This document shows, in pieces, positions 1-8,770 of a stretch of 64,000 bases of DNA. Each line of letters opens with the position of its first letter. Position 1 is the first letter of the stretch. The notes below the pieces were generated by a model. The model was not told the origin of the DNA. It saw only the letters and a program-made list of their open reading frames with translations, and did no database searches. The translations under genes were made by a program, and so were the position numbers. Source of the stretch: Oscillospiraceae bacterium (GTDB taxonomy: Bacteria > Bacillota > Clostridia > Oscillospirales > Ruminococcaceae); assembly GCA_045591925.1 (NCBI GenBank), contig JAZNTW010000013.1, forward strand, positions 13,776 to 77,775. Direction: 5' to 3'.

Positions 1-478
1 AACGGGCGCACGCTAAAAGATCAGGTATACAGGCCGGAAAAGACTATATTCATCGGATTACGCTTTCTCAACTCGTATATCGCAAACTGGAAGACGCAAA
101 ACTTATTACCCAGGATCAATATGAAGCTCTCCTAAAACAGTATCCGGAACTCGCCGCTTTATATGACATCTTAAAAGACTTTCATCGAATTGTCTTCTCT
201 AAAAAAGCTGAAGATCTGGAACAATGGATAGAACAGGTATCTCATTTGGATACCATCCCCGAATTAAGGTCATATGTTGACGGTTTGAAACATGATATAT
301 CCGCAGTAAAAAATGCAATTATGTTCGATTACAACAATGGTCTTGCTGAGGGCAGCGTAACAAAAATCAAGCTCATTAAGCGTATAATGTACGGACGGAA
401 TAGTTTTGCTCTGCTTAAGGCGAAAGTCCTGATGCATGAGCTTTTATACACAAAAAGCAACTAACATTGGAAAGAGCC
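1..478 (+). mobile_element. Right end of an ISL3-family insertion sequence (rest lies upstream of the window)
   Basis: Transposase C-terminus is open from the window edge to the stop at 462-464. GGAAAGAGCC at 469-478 is the reverse complement of a GGCTCTTTCC terminus, the kind of inverted-repeat tip I associate with ISL3 elements. Confidence 0.6.
3..464 (+). CDS. ISL3-family transposase, C-terminal part (5' truncated by window edge)
   Basis: Frame 3 is open from nt 3. YNNGLAEGSVTKIKLIKRIMYGRNSFALLKAKVL matches the conserved ISL3 transposase C-terminal pattern (N-G-x-x-E-G-x-x-x-K-I-K-x-I-K-R-x-x-Y-G). Confidence 0.75.
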   Translation, partial: RAHAKRSGIQAGKDYIHRITLSQLVYRKLEDAKLITQDQYEALLKQYPELAALYDILKDFHRIVFSKKAEDLEQWIEQVSHLDTIPELRSYVDGLKHDISAVKNAIMFDYNNGLAEGSVTKIKLIKRIMYGRNSFALLKAKVLMHELLYTKSN

Positions 479-565
479 TATTTGACGCTTACAAAAAAGC
501 AATTATGAAAAAGCCCGTAACCGAACCAAACAGTTCAGATTACGAGCTTTGTTCACTTCATTCAA

Positions 566-1507
566 TCATTGTATCGAATGAATATAGCCATTCACTTTAT
601 TCATTAATTGATTGTTATTAGGGAAATTGGTCGGAGCGGCATGGATGCCACCGGCAAAATGCTGTGGATACTTCTGATAATATCGCATAGTCTCAAAAAA
701 GGTACCTATATGAATTCCATTGGTATCCTCTTGAATGTTGTGGAGCGCATATTTTTGTATCTGAGGAATTTCTGTGTCTATCACATAAATGCATGAAAAC
801 AAAACTAACTCATGCGTTGCTTCGTTCTCAAATCCTCCGACAAAAGTGATATCATTATCACTTATAATATGCCCTATTTCCTCACTGAATTCTTTCCGCA
901 AATTGTCTTGTAATGTTCGAGAAATAAATCTTTTTTGATTATTGTCCCATACCGACTGCAAATGTCCACCAGCACCAAGCAATTCAATAACAGGTAATTC
1001 AGGTGAACCATCCCATCCTCCAACTCTTCGGTTAAAGATGCATACTATATCACCAGGATGAATCGATTCTAGCGGACGACTAAATGGTAGCCAAAACTCG
1101 TCTATCGGATGCAGATGATATTCCTGTTTTCTGATTTCTTGTTCTCGTTTTATCCATTCAATTGTAGGTTCAGATAACTTACTAATCAAAAAACCTTGTG
1201 TTGTAATATGATATGGAATATTGGCTAACGAATGCACATAAACCGATGGAGATATTACATTGGTTTCACGATAAGAAGCATTAAGGGCATCTTCAATCTC
1301 AATGATACGAAGTATGTCTTTTTGTTTTTTATCAAGTGCTGTTTCCATGCCGACTGTACTAACATTATGGCTACTATATAACTGAAGCCCTATATGTTGT
1401 GGAAGAAGTAATACATCCTCATGATACTTCGTTCGTTCCTCTAATCGTTGAATCCTTTGACAGAATTCCAAATAGCTCTGTGCAGTCTGTAATGTTATCG
1501 AATCCAT
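566..1507 (-). CDS. Nudix-hydrolase-like protein with divergent Nudix box; N-terminal ~150 aa unassigned
   Basis: 313-aa ORF whose start overlaps the upstream kinase gene by 13 nt. GAGGH...LRKEFSEEIGH resembles the REUxEExGU core of the Nudix box (K for R). Confidence 0.55.
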   Translation of the reverse strand: MDSITLQTAQSYLEFCQRIQRLEERTKYHEDVLLLPQHIGLQLYSSHNVSTVGMETALDKKQKDILRIIEIEDALNASYRETNVISPSVYVHSLANIPYHITTQGFLISKLSEPTIEWIKREQEIRKQEYHLHPIDEFWLPFSRPLESIHPGDIVCIFNRRVGGWDGSPELPVIELLGAGGHLQSVWDNNQKRFISRTLQDNLRKEFSEEIGHIISDNDITFVGGFENEATHELVLFSCIYVIDTEIPQIQKYALHNIQEDTNGIHIGTFFETMRYYQKYPQHFAGGIHAAPTNFPNNNQLMNKVNGYIHSIQ

Positions 1508-2412
1508 GGTATACCCCCTTCTGCAATCTTGCTTCCCTCTATGATTGCATTTCTTAATATTATTTCCTTATCTGTTTGATGCATCATTCCATGCAAAACA
1601 ACAGCATTATAAACATCTCCACACCCAGTTGTGTTCTTCGCTACGATTTGAGTTATGGGTCGTTGTGAAAGCATTATAACTGCATTGTCATCGTTTCGTA
1701 CCCAGGCGGTAGAACCATTTTCACCTTGTTTCATCCAAGCCTCTTTAATGTTTGAATATTTAGTAAACAATTCGTTTGGGTGTTTCATACACATTCGCTC
1801 TAATAAAACTCGAAATTCATTTTCGTTTCCACAGAGAACCGTTGTGTAACTCAATACGCTTCTCACAATACCAAGCGGAATAACACCAATAAGAGGACAG
1901 AGGTCTATGACGATACTAGTATTGCCAGAATGCTTTGCAATGCTCAAGGCGTTACACTCAGCTTCGCCTATTTCGTAAAACGATGTATATACTATTTCAG
2001 CTTGCATTATCATCTTGTGTAGTTCGGTGACAGAATCTGTGCGCCTGACAGGATTAAAGCTTAGCATTCTTTTATCGCCTGAATCGTCTACGCCAATGAT
2101 CGAAAGTGGAAACTCCATTTGAGTGGTGTTGTTCATGAGTAATTTTAAGTTTGAGGGGATTCTGTTTTTTAGAGCCCAATTATGATATAAGATTCCCCCT
2201 TCGGGAACAATCATTGAAATAGTTGACAACGAATGATTGCTAATTAATAATTCCGCCAAAAACATAGTTGTATTGTATACACTTCCGCCAATGCGATATG
2301 CAAAATTGGGAATAACAGTTTCATATACTTCAAGCGGTTTTGAAAAATCATACGGAATGGATAGATCCAAGCGCAGGGAACCATATGTTAAAATACAATA
2401 TTCTTTCTGCAT
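1495..2412 (-). CDS. PfkB/ribokinase-family sugar or nucleoside kinase
   Basis: 305-aa ORF. C-terminal NTTGCGDVYNAVV matches the DTxGAGD motif of the PfkB family. Confidence 0.75.
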   Translation of the reverse strand: MQKEYCILTYGSLRLDLSIPYDFSKPLEVYETVIPNFAYRIGGSVYNTTMFLAELLISNHSLSTISMIVPEGGILYHNWALKNRIPSNLKLLMNNTTQMEFPLSIIGVDDSGDKRMLSFNPVRRTDSVTELHKMIMQAEIVYTSFYEIGEAECNALSIAKHSGNTSIVIDLCPLIGVIPLGIVRSVLSYTTVLCGNENEFRVLLERMCMKHPNELFTKYSNIKEAWMKQGENGSTAWVRNDDNAVIMLSQRPITQIVAKNTTGCGDVYNAVVLHGMMHQTDKEIILRNAIIEGSKIAEGGIPWIR

Positions 2413-2446
2413 GAGTACTATCTCCTCATCAATAATTCATTAATAC

Positions 2447-4150
2447 TCACAATTCATTTAAAAGCTGAAGTGCGATTATAAGATAAGCAGAAGGAAATGT
2501 CCAATGCCCAGTTCGACGTGCGTCCATTCCTTTTGGGAAATAATATGTATATCTGTCATGAATATCTTTCGCAACATTTTTCTTCAAAATATCGTGGACA
2601 TGACCAATAACCTTGCTTAATTGCAATTCACCTATTTTGTGGCTTTTATACGCAAGTGACAATGCTTGCACGGTATACCGGATTGTGATATGATTCCAAG
2701 GTGCTTTTTTTGCTCCGATACCATTCTTATCGATACCATAGAGCGTTTCCACCTCTATTTGCTTGTCTTCCGCGACAAACTCTTGAAATACAAATCCAAT
2801 TCCTTCCGTAAGATTGTAGGATTGTTCGATTTTTTTTTGCATGGAAGGAGAAAGTTTGAAAAAAATGCAAATCAGTAAAGCACTTGTTATCAGTCGGCTT
2901 TCAGAATCGCCGATAAAAAAGCCCATTTTTCCATCGGAGGAGCATTCAAACACATGCTGGCAGAACGATTCGAATTCTTTTGTTTCAGAGATTCTATAGT
3001 CCAGTAGATTCCATAGCACTTTACATGTACTCGCCATACTGCAGTCATCATCATTCATACGGGCAGAATACATACCCCAACCATAGTCGGGATTGCGATT
3101 ATCCCAAATGTATTTTGCAATATATTCATATTTGGAATAATCATGAATTAATCCAGACGGATTATTACGTTCCAACGTAACTAATTCTAAAAGTAAGGCT
3201 GAGCAGTTGATTGTAGAGGCCTTTAACGATTTGCTAGACAAGCCATCATCTTGGACACACGCCAATGCTTCGCTCAGTATTTGTTGATATGCTTGTTCTT
3301 TGCGAATGTCAAATCCGGTATATTTCATTGCAAGGAGACCTTCAATTATATTAGCATGTTGAATTTCGGTTGCAGAATCCACAGCCCCCCATCGTACAGG
3401 AATATTGAGGAGCCAATCCATCAATTGATTAATATATACCGAGTAATCATCGCGTTGAATAGGTTCAGGGAGCAGGGCGATGTGATGTAATTGTGGGTCT
3501 GCTTGCCATACCGATATCAGTTCACATAGTTTATCCGTATATGAGTACTTCGATGGTAGGATGAACGAATCATAACTACACGGAAAAACAGATACAATCA
3601 ATAAATACATTAATGCAGAATAAGGATCGTTTTGTAATGCTCCCTCCAGAAAACGTATGATGTTTTTATTGTTCGCTTCATCAAAACCGATACATTCTGC
3701 AGAGAGGAATTCTTTGAATATTCGATGTTCAGCAGTAATCATCTCTGCGTTTCTGTCCCGTAATGCTTTTTTCAAACGCATGATGGTATCAGTTGGATCG
3801 AATTTTTTATAAAGATATAGATAAAATTCTGTAACTAGTTTATTTTGTTTAGCGCGTACTTCTTTCGTGCGCTTATCTGTATAAAGATTTCGATACAAAA
3901 AATCTTTGTCTGGTCTATCACTCTGAGATTGCCCGAGAATCACGTAATCGCAGTCGGAGTCTTTGTCTTGATGCAAATCTAAATATGTCTGCTGCGTTTT
4001 ATCAGATTCCCAATCTCTTGGAGCAAACACATCATTGAATAGTTTAATGATGTCATCTGCCTTACCAACACAACGTTTAGGTTTGCCTTTCGGAACTGCG
4101 TTCTCAATCAATTGAACGATAGCTTTGAATGATAAACGAGTCATAAGCAT
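2447..4150 (-). CDS. Hypothetical 567-aa protein, first gene of the kinase/Nudix operon
   Basis: Long ORF with GAGGGGA 10 nt upstream of the ATG. The C-terminal half has aromatic/Gly motifs (NPDYGWGMY, DGKMGFF, GHWTFPSAY) weakly reminiscent of alpha/alpha-toroid repeats. No catalytic motif recognised. Confidence 0.6.
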   Translation of the reverse strand: MLMTRLSFKAIVQLIENAVPKGKPKRCVGKADDIIKLFNDVFAPRDWESDKTQQTYLDLHQDKDSDCDYVILGQSQSDRPDKDFLYRNLYTDKRTKEVRAKQNKLVTEFYLYLYKKFDPTDTIMRLKKALRDRNAEMITAEHRIFKEFLSAECIGFDEANNKNIIRFLEGALQNDPYSALMYLLIVSVFPCSYDSFILPSKYSYTDKLCELISVWQADPQLHHIALLPEPIQRDDYSVYINQLMDWLLNIPVRWGAVDSATEIQHANIIEGLLAMKYTGFDIRKEQAYQQILSEALACVQDDGLSSKSLKASTINCSALLLELVTLERNNPSGLIHDYSKYEYIAKYIWDNRNPDYGWGMYSARMNDDDCSMASTCKVLWNLLDYRISETKEFESFCQHVFECSSDGKMGFFIGDSESRLITSALLICIFFKLSPSMQKKIEQSYNLTEGIGFVFQEFVAEDKQIEVETLYGIDKNGIGAKKAPWNHITIRYTVQALSLAYKSHKIGELQLSKVIGHVHDILKKNVAKDIHDRYTYYFPKGMDARRTGHWTFPSAYLIIALQLLNEL

Positions 4151-4496
4151 CTTTTCTTCATCCCCTCGCTTTTCTTAGCCATGCCTTTTTATATTGCTCA
4201 AAAAGACTCAAGCGCTTTCCGTAAGATTAACAATCAACACTCCGAACGAAAGTCGGGTTATAGATTGTGTACAAGAATTCAAATTTGTACTCAAAATCAA
4301 AATAATTGTACTAATCGCACTGATTTTGCAAATTGATTATTATACATAATTCTGATATGATATATATAGAAGAGAAAACCACCTTGGATGCAGCGCATGA
4401 AGATGGAGATATGTAGCTGAATAAAACCTACTATACTTATTATAAGGTATTAAAGCAGCTTTGTCAAGTGGTTATTAGAAAAAGGAGGATAAAACA

Positions 4497-4853
4497 ATGA
4501 CAAGCACCGTTTTGATCACAGATCACGCAAAGCTTCGTTTCGACGAGCGTTTGGGGCTCAAAACTGACGCACGGACTTTGCGTACTGCTGAACTCGCCTG
4601 GGAACGCGGGGTGGATCGCGACACGACTGATAATGTTCAGCTGCGCCGGTTCCTCGATTTGAAGACAATCGATGAAAACTGCACTATCATCAAGTTCTTC
4701 AACGGCGTTGTTTTCATCTTCGGGACCGATTCGAACAAGCCTGTGTTGATCACAGTATACGCTCTGCCGAAGAATATCTTCTGCAAGTACCATAAAGGTG
4801 AAAAGGTGCGTAACCGCAAACGTTTCCAAAAGCTCCATCCTGAGCTGATGTAA
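4497..4853 (+). CDS. Hypothetical small protein (weak DUF4258/BrnT-like N-terminus)
   Basis: 118-aa ORF with AAAGGAGG upstream. ITDHAKLRFDERLG is weakly toxin-like. Confidence 0.65.
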   Translation: MTSTVLITDHAKLRFDERLGLKTDARTLRTAELAWERGVDRDTTDNVQLRRFLDLKTIDENCTIIKFFNGVVFIFGTDSNKPVLITVYALPKNIFCKYHKGEKVRNRKRFQKLHPELM

Positions 4854-4865
4854 GGAGGTATTACC

Positions 4866-5063
4866 ATGGAGCACGATTACAAGCTTTTCCGTCGTTTCGA
4901 TGCTGTCAAGCGCCTCTTCCTGCTGTTCTTCATCCTCTATGTCGTGGCTGCATTGTCTACCGCAGAAGTGAGAGCAGCACTTCCGGGTATTGGTGAAGTT
5001 GTTGAGTTCTACATCCAGCTTGTGCATGCATTCATCAGCGTGTTCAGTTCAGGAGGGAGGTGA
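4866..5063 (+). CDS. Hypothetical small membrane protein
   Basis: 65-aa ORF with TAAGGAGG upstream and a hydrophobic core (LFLLFFILYVVAAL). Lies 12 nt after the previous stop. Confidence 0.55.
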   Translation: MEHDYKLFRRFDAVKRLFLLFFILYVVAALSTAEVRAALPGIGEVVEFYIQLVHAFISVFSSGGR

Positions 5064-5067
5064 ATTT

Positions 5068-5346
5068 ATGAAAGCCACAATTACTGATATTTCGGTCACA
5101 GAAGCTTGCATCCTCCGCCTCTTCCGATACATCGCCACAGAGGCCTACGAAGGTAAGAAGATTGCGCAGCCATCGAAGGTGGTCTTCGCCGATGGTGACC
5201 ATCTCAGAATCGAACAGGTGATCATTTTTGAGCCGAGAGAACGGGAAATCACAACTGTTACAGAGCTGGTTGTCCCGTTCAGCTGGCAGCACAATACGGA
5301 AGGCACCGCATCCATCCTTACTGACTTTATGGCAAAGCTCGTGTAA
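5068..5346 (+). CDS. Hypothetical protein (92 aa)
   Basis: Internal ATG of track ORF 4990..5346, preceded by GGAGGGAGG. Lies 4 nt after the previous stop. Confidence 0.6.
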   Translation: MKATITDISVTEACILRLFRYIATEAYEGKKIAQPSKVVFADGDHLRIEQVIIFEPREREITTVTELVVPFSWQHNTEGTASILTDFMAKLV

Positions 5347-5422
5347 ATCGTTTTGTTATCCTGTATCCGTTGAAAAGAATCAACGGATACAGGATTGACC
5401 GAAGTGACTGGAGGAATAACCA

Positions 5423-6139
5423 ATGAAGAAGATTTCAAAGCCCATTGTGGCTATACCAGCGATGTTTCCGGCAATGCTGATAATGCTGGTCGGGATGCGT
5501 CTTTTCGGAATCATTACCATCAGAAATACCGCTTCCGATTTCGAGAATTTTCGTCAAATTCTGAAATCGCCGGAACCGAAACTCGCAGATATCATTGAGA
5601 TTTATCAGTACCAGTACAATTTGTTCAATCTTATTGCATTGCTTTCAGCTTTGATTATCCTCTTGATTATCTGCATCAGTATTCGGACTGGAAGCCTCAA
5701 AGCATGTGCTCGTTCGTTCCGAAAATGGATGAAAAATACGCATCTCCCTAATATCGGCAATATTCAGAGAATGGTGTCTTCGTTTATCAAGGGCATTCAG
5801 TACGGGCAGATTTCTGATGTAAAGCGCAGATACCGTGTTGTCATGAGCATTTGTGGCAAGCAGCAATCATTTCTGTTTGCGGCGGACAAATCCGAAAAGC
5901 CAGCGGTTATGGACTTATCGTGCTTCGATTCTGTCGGAACAGCTGGCGAAGGCTTGGTTCGTATTTCTATTCCCAAAACCACTCTGATTTGGGGGCGTAG
6001 AGGAGTTTCGCTGATTTCCAAAGGTATGGCATTCAGTGTCATCGGCGAAGACAGAACAGCAAGTCGTGTGCATGTGTCTGTTGGTGAGCGAATATCCGTC
6101 AGAGTTGGCGATACAACCATTAACATTGTCGTATTTTGA
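5423..6139 (+). CDS. Membrane protein with beta-rich C-terminal domain (weakly FHA-like)
   Basis: 238-aa ORF with GGAGGAATAACCA before the ATG and two hydrophobic helices. C-terminus GRRGVSLISKG...ASRVHVSVGERISVRVGDTTINIVVF resembles the end of FHA domains (weak). Confidence 0.6.
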   Translation: MKKISKPIVAIPAMFPAMLIMLVGMRLFGIITIRNTASDFENFRQILKSPEPKLADIIEIYQYQYNLFNLIALLSALIILLIICISIRTGSLKACARSFRKWMKNTHLPNIGNIQRMVSSFIKGIQYGQISDVKRRYRVVMSICGKQQSFLFAADKSEKPAVMDLSCFDSVGTAGEGLVRISIPKTTLIWGRRGVSLISKGMAFSVIGEDRTASRVHVSVGERISVRVGDTTINIVVF

Positions 6140-6153
6140 GGGAGGCTATCGAT

Positions 6154-7212
6154 ATGAGGAGATGCATATACTGTGGAGCAGAGATGAAGGCACCGCTTCA
6201 TCTGGTTACCTGCAAAGAAACGAAGCACATGCTGAATAGCGCTTATTGCGAAGTCGATATGCGGCTTCAGGCATACCTCCAGCGGTTCGGTGAACCGACA
6301 GAGGACGTGCTCACACAAGTTGCTTTCAGCGGTGATGATGATATTCCTGATGATCTCCGCGGAGTCATCCAGCAAATCGGAGACCGGTATTATTATACAA
6401 GTGAAGAATCGAGCTTTCCGAATGTACCGGTCACGAATCTGGCTTGTGAGCACTGTCACAGTAATATCACGAACGTTCTTTCAGCTAAAAAATGCAACAC
6501 AGTTGTGATGGTTGCACCGCCTGAAGCGGGCAAAACGATTACGCTGGCATCGCTTTCTGCATCCCTTCGTTCTGATCAGATAAGCCCCGGATTCTCAGCG
6601 GCAAGCTTCGAGCAGTCGTATTACACTTGTCTCGCCGCTGACCTTTTGCAAGGGAAAGTTCCGGATGCTACGCCGTTTCTTTCTGGGAAGAGTATGCGTC
6701 AGCCAACCTATTTTCTGCAATCTGCAGACGGAACACTTACAGCAATTGTGGATCAGTCGGGTGAAAATATTGCACATAATCAGCTACATATCCCTGCTGG
6801 GTCTACGGTTGCGTTTCTGATTGACGGACAGGCAATTGATAATGCTCCAATTACAGATTATCTCCGGATCGCTGCAGAATACCCATATATTCACAAATAC
6901 ATCATTGTTGTAACAAAATCAGATTTACTCGATCAAGATTCTGTGAACCATGTAATGTTGACCGAATACAAGCAGCGCTTTCCATTCTCATACCGTGAAC
7001 TTCAGTACATGCGCCGTTCAGTTGCCCCTCAAGCTCTGAATAAGCATTTCCCTGTTGTTGCGCAGCTCATGCATCAGCTTCGTTTGATGGAAGGGCGTTC
7101 TGTTGACGTTTTGTTCACATCCGCAATAGGAACCTCAGCAAAGGATGGTCATCTGCAAGGTGCTTACGCGCCAAAGTATTTGACAGATTTTGCTCTCGCC
7201 ATGGCACAATAA
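6154..7212 (+). CDS. Zn-ribbon + P-loop GTPase (TRAFAC-type)
   Basis: ATG at 6154 preceded by GAGGGAGG. N-terminal CIYCG...C and CEHCH Cys pairs. Walker A APPEAGKT, DxxG as VDQSGEN, and G4-like VTKSD (NKxD variant). Confidence 0.7.
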   Translation: MRRCIYCGAEMKAPLHLVTCKETKHMLNSAYCEVDMRLQAYLQRFGEPTEDVLTQVAFSGDDDIPDDLRGVIQQIGDRYYYTSEESSFPNVPVTNLACEHCHSNITNVLSAKKCNTVVMVAPPEAGKTITLASLSASLRSDQISPGFSAASFEQSYYTCLAADLLQGKVPDATPFLSGKSMRQPTYFLQSADGTLTAIVDQSGENIAHNQLHIPAGSTVAFLIDGQAIDNAPITDYLRIAAEYPYIHKYIIVVTKSDLLDQDSVNHVMLTEYKQRFPFSYRELQYMRRSVAPQALNKHFPVVAQLMHQLRLMEGRSVDVLFTSAIGTSAKDGHLQGAYAPKYLTDFALAMAQ

Positions 7213-7229
7213 TAAAGGGGGGATATGAC

Positions 7230-8759
7230 ATGATGGAAGGCTATATCGAAACTGCAGCTTGCACAGGCAAGTTTGATTATCAGCTGTGTGCTGTATTGGT
7301 TCACACAAAGCAGGGTTATATTCTGCAGTCCGAGGAGACAGATGAACAGTATCGCCATCAACTCCACGCCCTTCTAAACCGGATTGTAACTGCATTCCCG
7401 CCGCTTGAAAACGGCAATCGACTGATTCTTGCGGCACTGGATGGTATCGCATATATGTGCATCCAGGAGCCGCCAGATCGGTTAGAGGCACGCCGCACCT
7501 CCAAATTGAGTCTGTATATCTTTTCTGAAGACAACAGTTCAAATTCGGAAGCATCTCCTGCCATCATTGCAGAGTGTGGTAGAATGATGCGGCGAATCAG
7601 CGGTAAGAAAACGTCCATGTCGGAATACTACTACTATACCAATTTGAATCAGCTGATTTCAGCATTCATTTTGGCGGCGCATATCATGCCACGATGCATT
7701 GAACAAAGAATGATCTTCAATACGAAAGCAATTGCTGATGTAGACGAAGAGAAAGGTGTGACCGGCACCCCTGTAGGCGATCTTGCGTATATGGAGCTCT
7801 TCTCAATATTTCTTTCTCATCTCTGCAAGAACGGCGGGCTTTCACAGGCTAAGATCAATCAGGCCGCATCATTGTCTGCTGAAATCAGCAGAAAGTCCAC
7901 ATTCAGGTACTGGGATGTACTCGACTTCAATGGGAATCCGAAGATCCTGGCGGATACAGCAACTCAGATTCATCAATATGTCCCGTCAGCATATCCGTAT
8001 ATTGCGATGATTTGCATTGCAAACGGATATCCATGCGAAACGCTTTCTATTGAGTGTCTGCCTGATACTTTCGTTGATGACCTCGCTGAAACCTACATGG
8101 ATACGAGCCTCTCTGAACTATCAGCAATTCGCATTGAGCACCTGTTCCTCTTGTTCCCACGCATAACACTTTCCGCAGCCACAACATCACATGTCAAGCA
8201 ATTCCTTGAAAAGCAGCATAGTAGAACCGAATCGGCGATACGTGCAGTTTTTTTGGATACGCTGCTCGAATTTCAGTATGACCTTGATCTTATAGCACTA
8301 GAAAATCAGAGCCTGTGTAAGGAGCTTTTGAAGCGCATCATTGACAGCGACAGCATTGAGCGACCTGCTCTGGAGTGGTTGATGAAGAAGGTCGAAGCAC
8401 ATACGACACAGGAAGCATCGACATCATCAGCTACATACGTACTTGACAAGAGCATCGCAGCTCGCCTTTTCTATCTTCGCATTCCATGCGTTGTTGCCAA
8501 GAACAGAACGCGAGTACTCAATGACAAGGAACTGATTCGAATTTGTGGTAGTTCCGAAATTGCTATTCAATCGATCATGGAACTGATGAATCTCGAATGG
8601 AACCCTGTTCGCACCCTGAATGACAGTAAATTATATCGAAAGGCTGTCAAACGTCAGACAGTCACAACACGAAAAATGTTGCGTGCTGAATTACGAGCAT
8701 CTCTCCGAAACTGCTGTCACCTGTTCAGAGAGTTGTTTCTTTCCTACTTTTATGAATGA
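7230..8759 (+). CDS. Hypothetical 509-aa protein, partner of the GTPase
   Basis: AAGGGGGG upstream; 17 nt after the GTPase stop. The N-terminal ~100 aa has an alternating pattern weakly like Roadblock/longin domains. The rest is helical. Confidence 0.6.
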   Translation: MMEGYIETAACTGKFDYQLCAVLVHTKQGYILQSEETDEQYRHQLHALLNRIVTAFPPLENGNRLILAALDGIAYMCIQEPPDRLEARRTSKLSLYIFSEDNSSNSEASPAIIAECGRMMRRISGKKTSMSEYYYYTNLNQLISAFILAAHIMPRCIEQRMIFNTKAIADVDEEKGVTGTPVGDLAYMELFSIFLSHLCKNGGLSQAKINQAASLSAEISRKSTFRYWDVLDFNGNPKILADTATQIHQYVPSAYPYIAMICIANGYPCETLSIECLPDTFVDDLAETYMDTSLSELSAIRIEHLFLLFPRITLSAATTSHVKQFLEKQHSRTESAIRAVFLDTLLEFQYDLDLIALENQSLCKELLKRIIDSDSIERPALEWLMKKVEAHTTQEASTSSATYVLDKSIAARLFYLRIPCVVAKNRTRVLNDKELIRICGSSEIAIQSIMELMNLEWNPVRTLNDSKLYRKAVKRQTVTTRKMLRAELRASLRNCCHLFRELFLSYFYE

Positions 8760-8770
8760 GGGATTGAATT

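Noticed and set aside
436-796. Small plus-strand ORFs 436-621 and 608-796
   Set aside because: The first starts inside the transposase end and IS terminus. The second is antisense to the Nudix-like gene. Neither has an SD.
4464-5027. 187-aa minus-strand ORF (also 5797-6459, minus strand)
   Set aside because: The plus-strand ORFs here each have strong AAGGAGG-type SDs at correct spacing and form a tight co-directional series. The minus ORFs have no SD and run against the operon.
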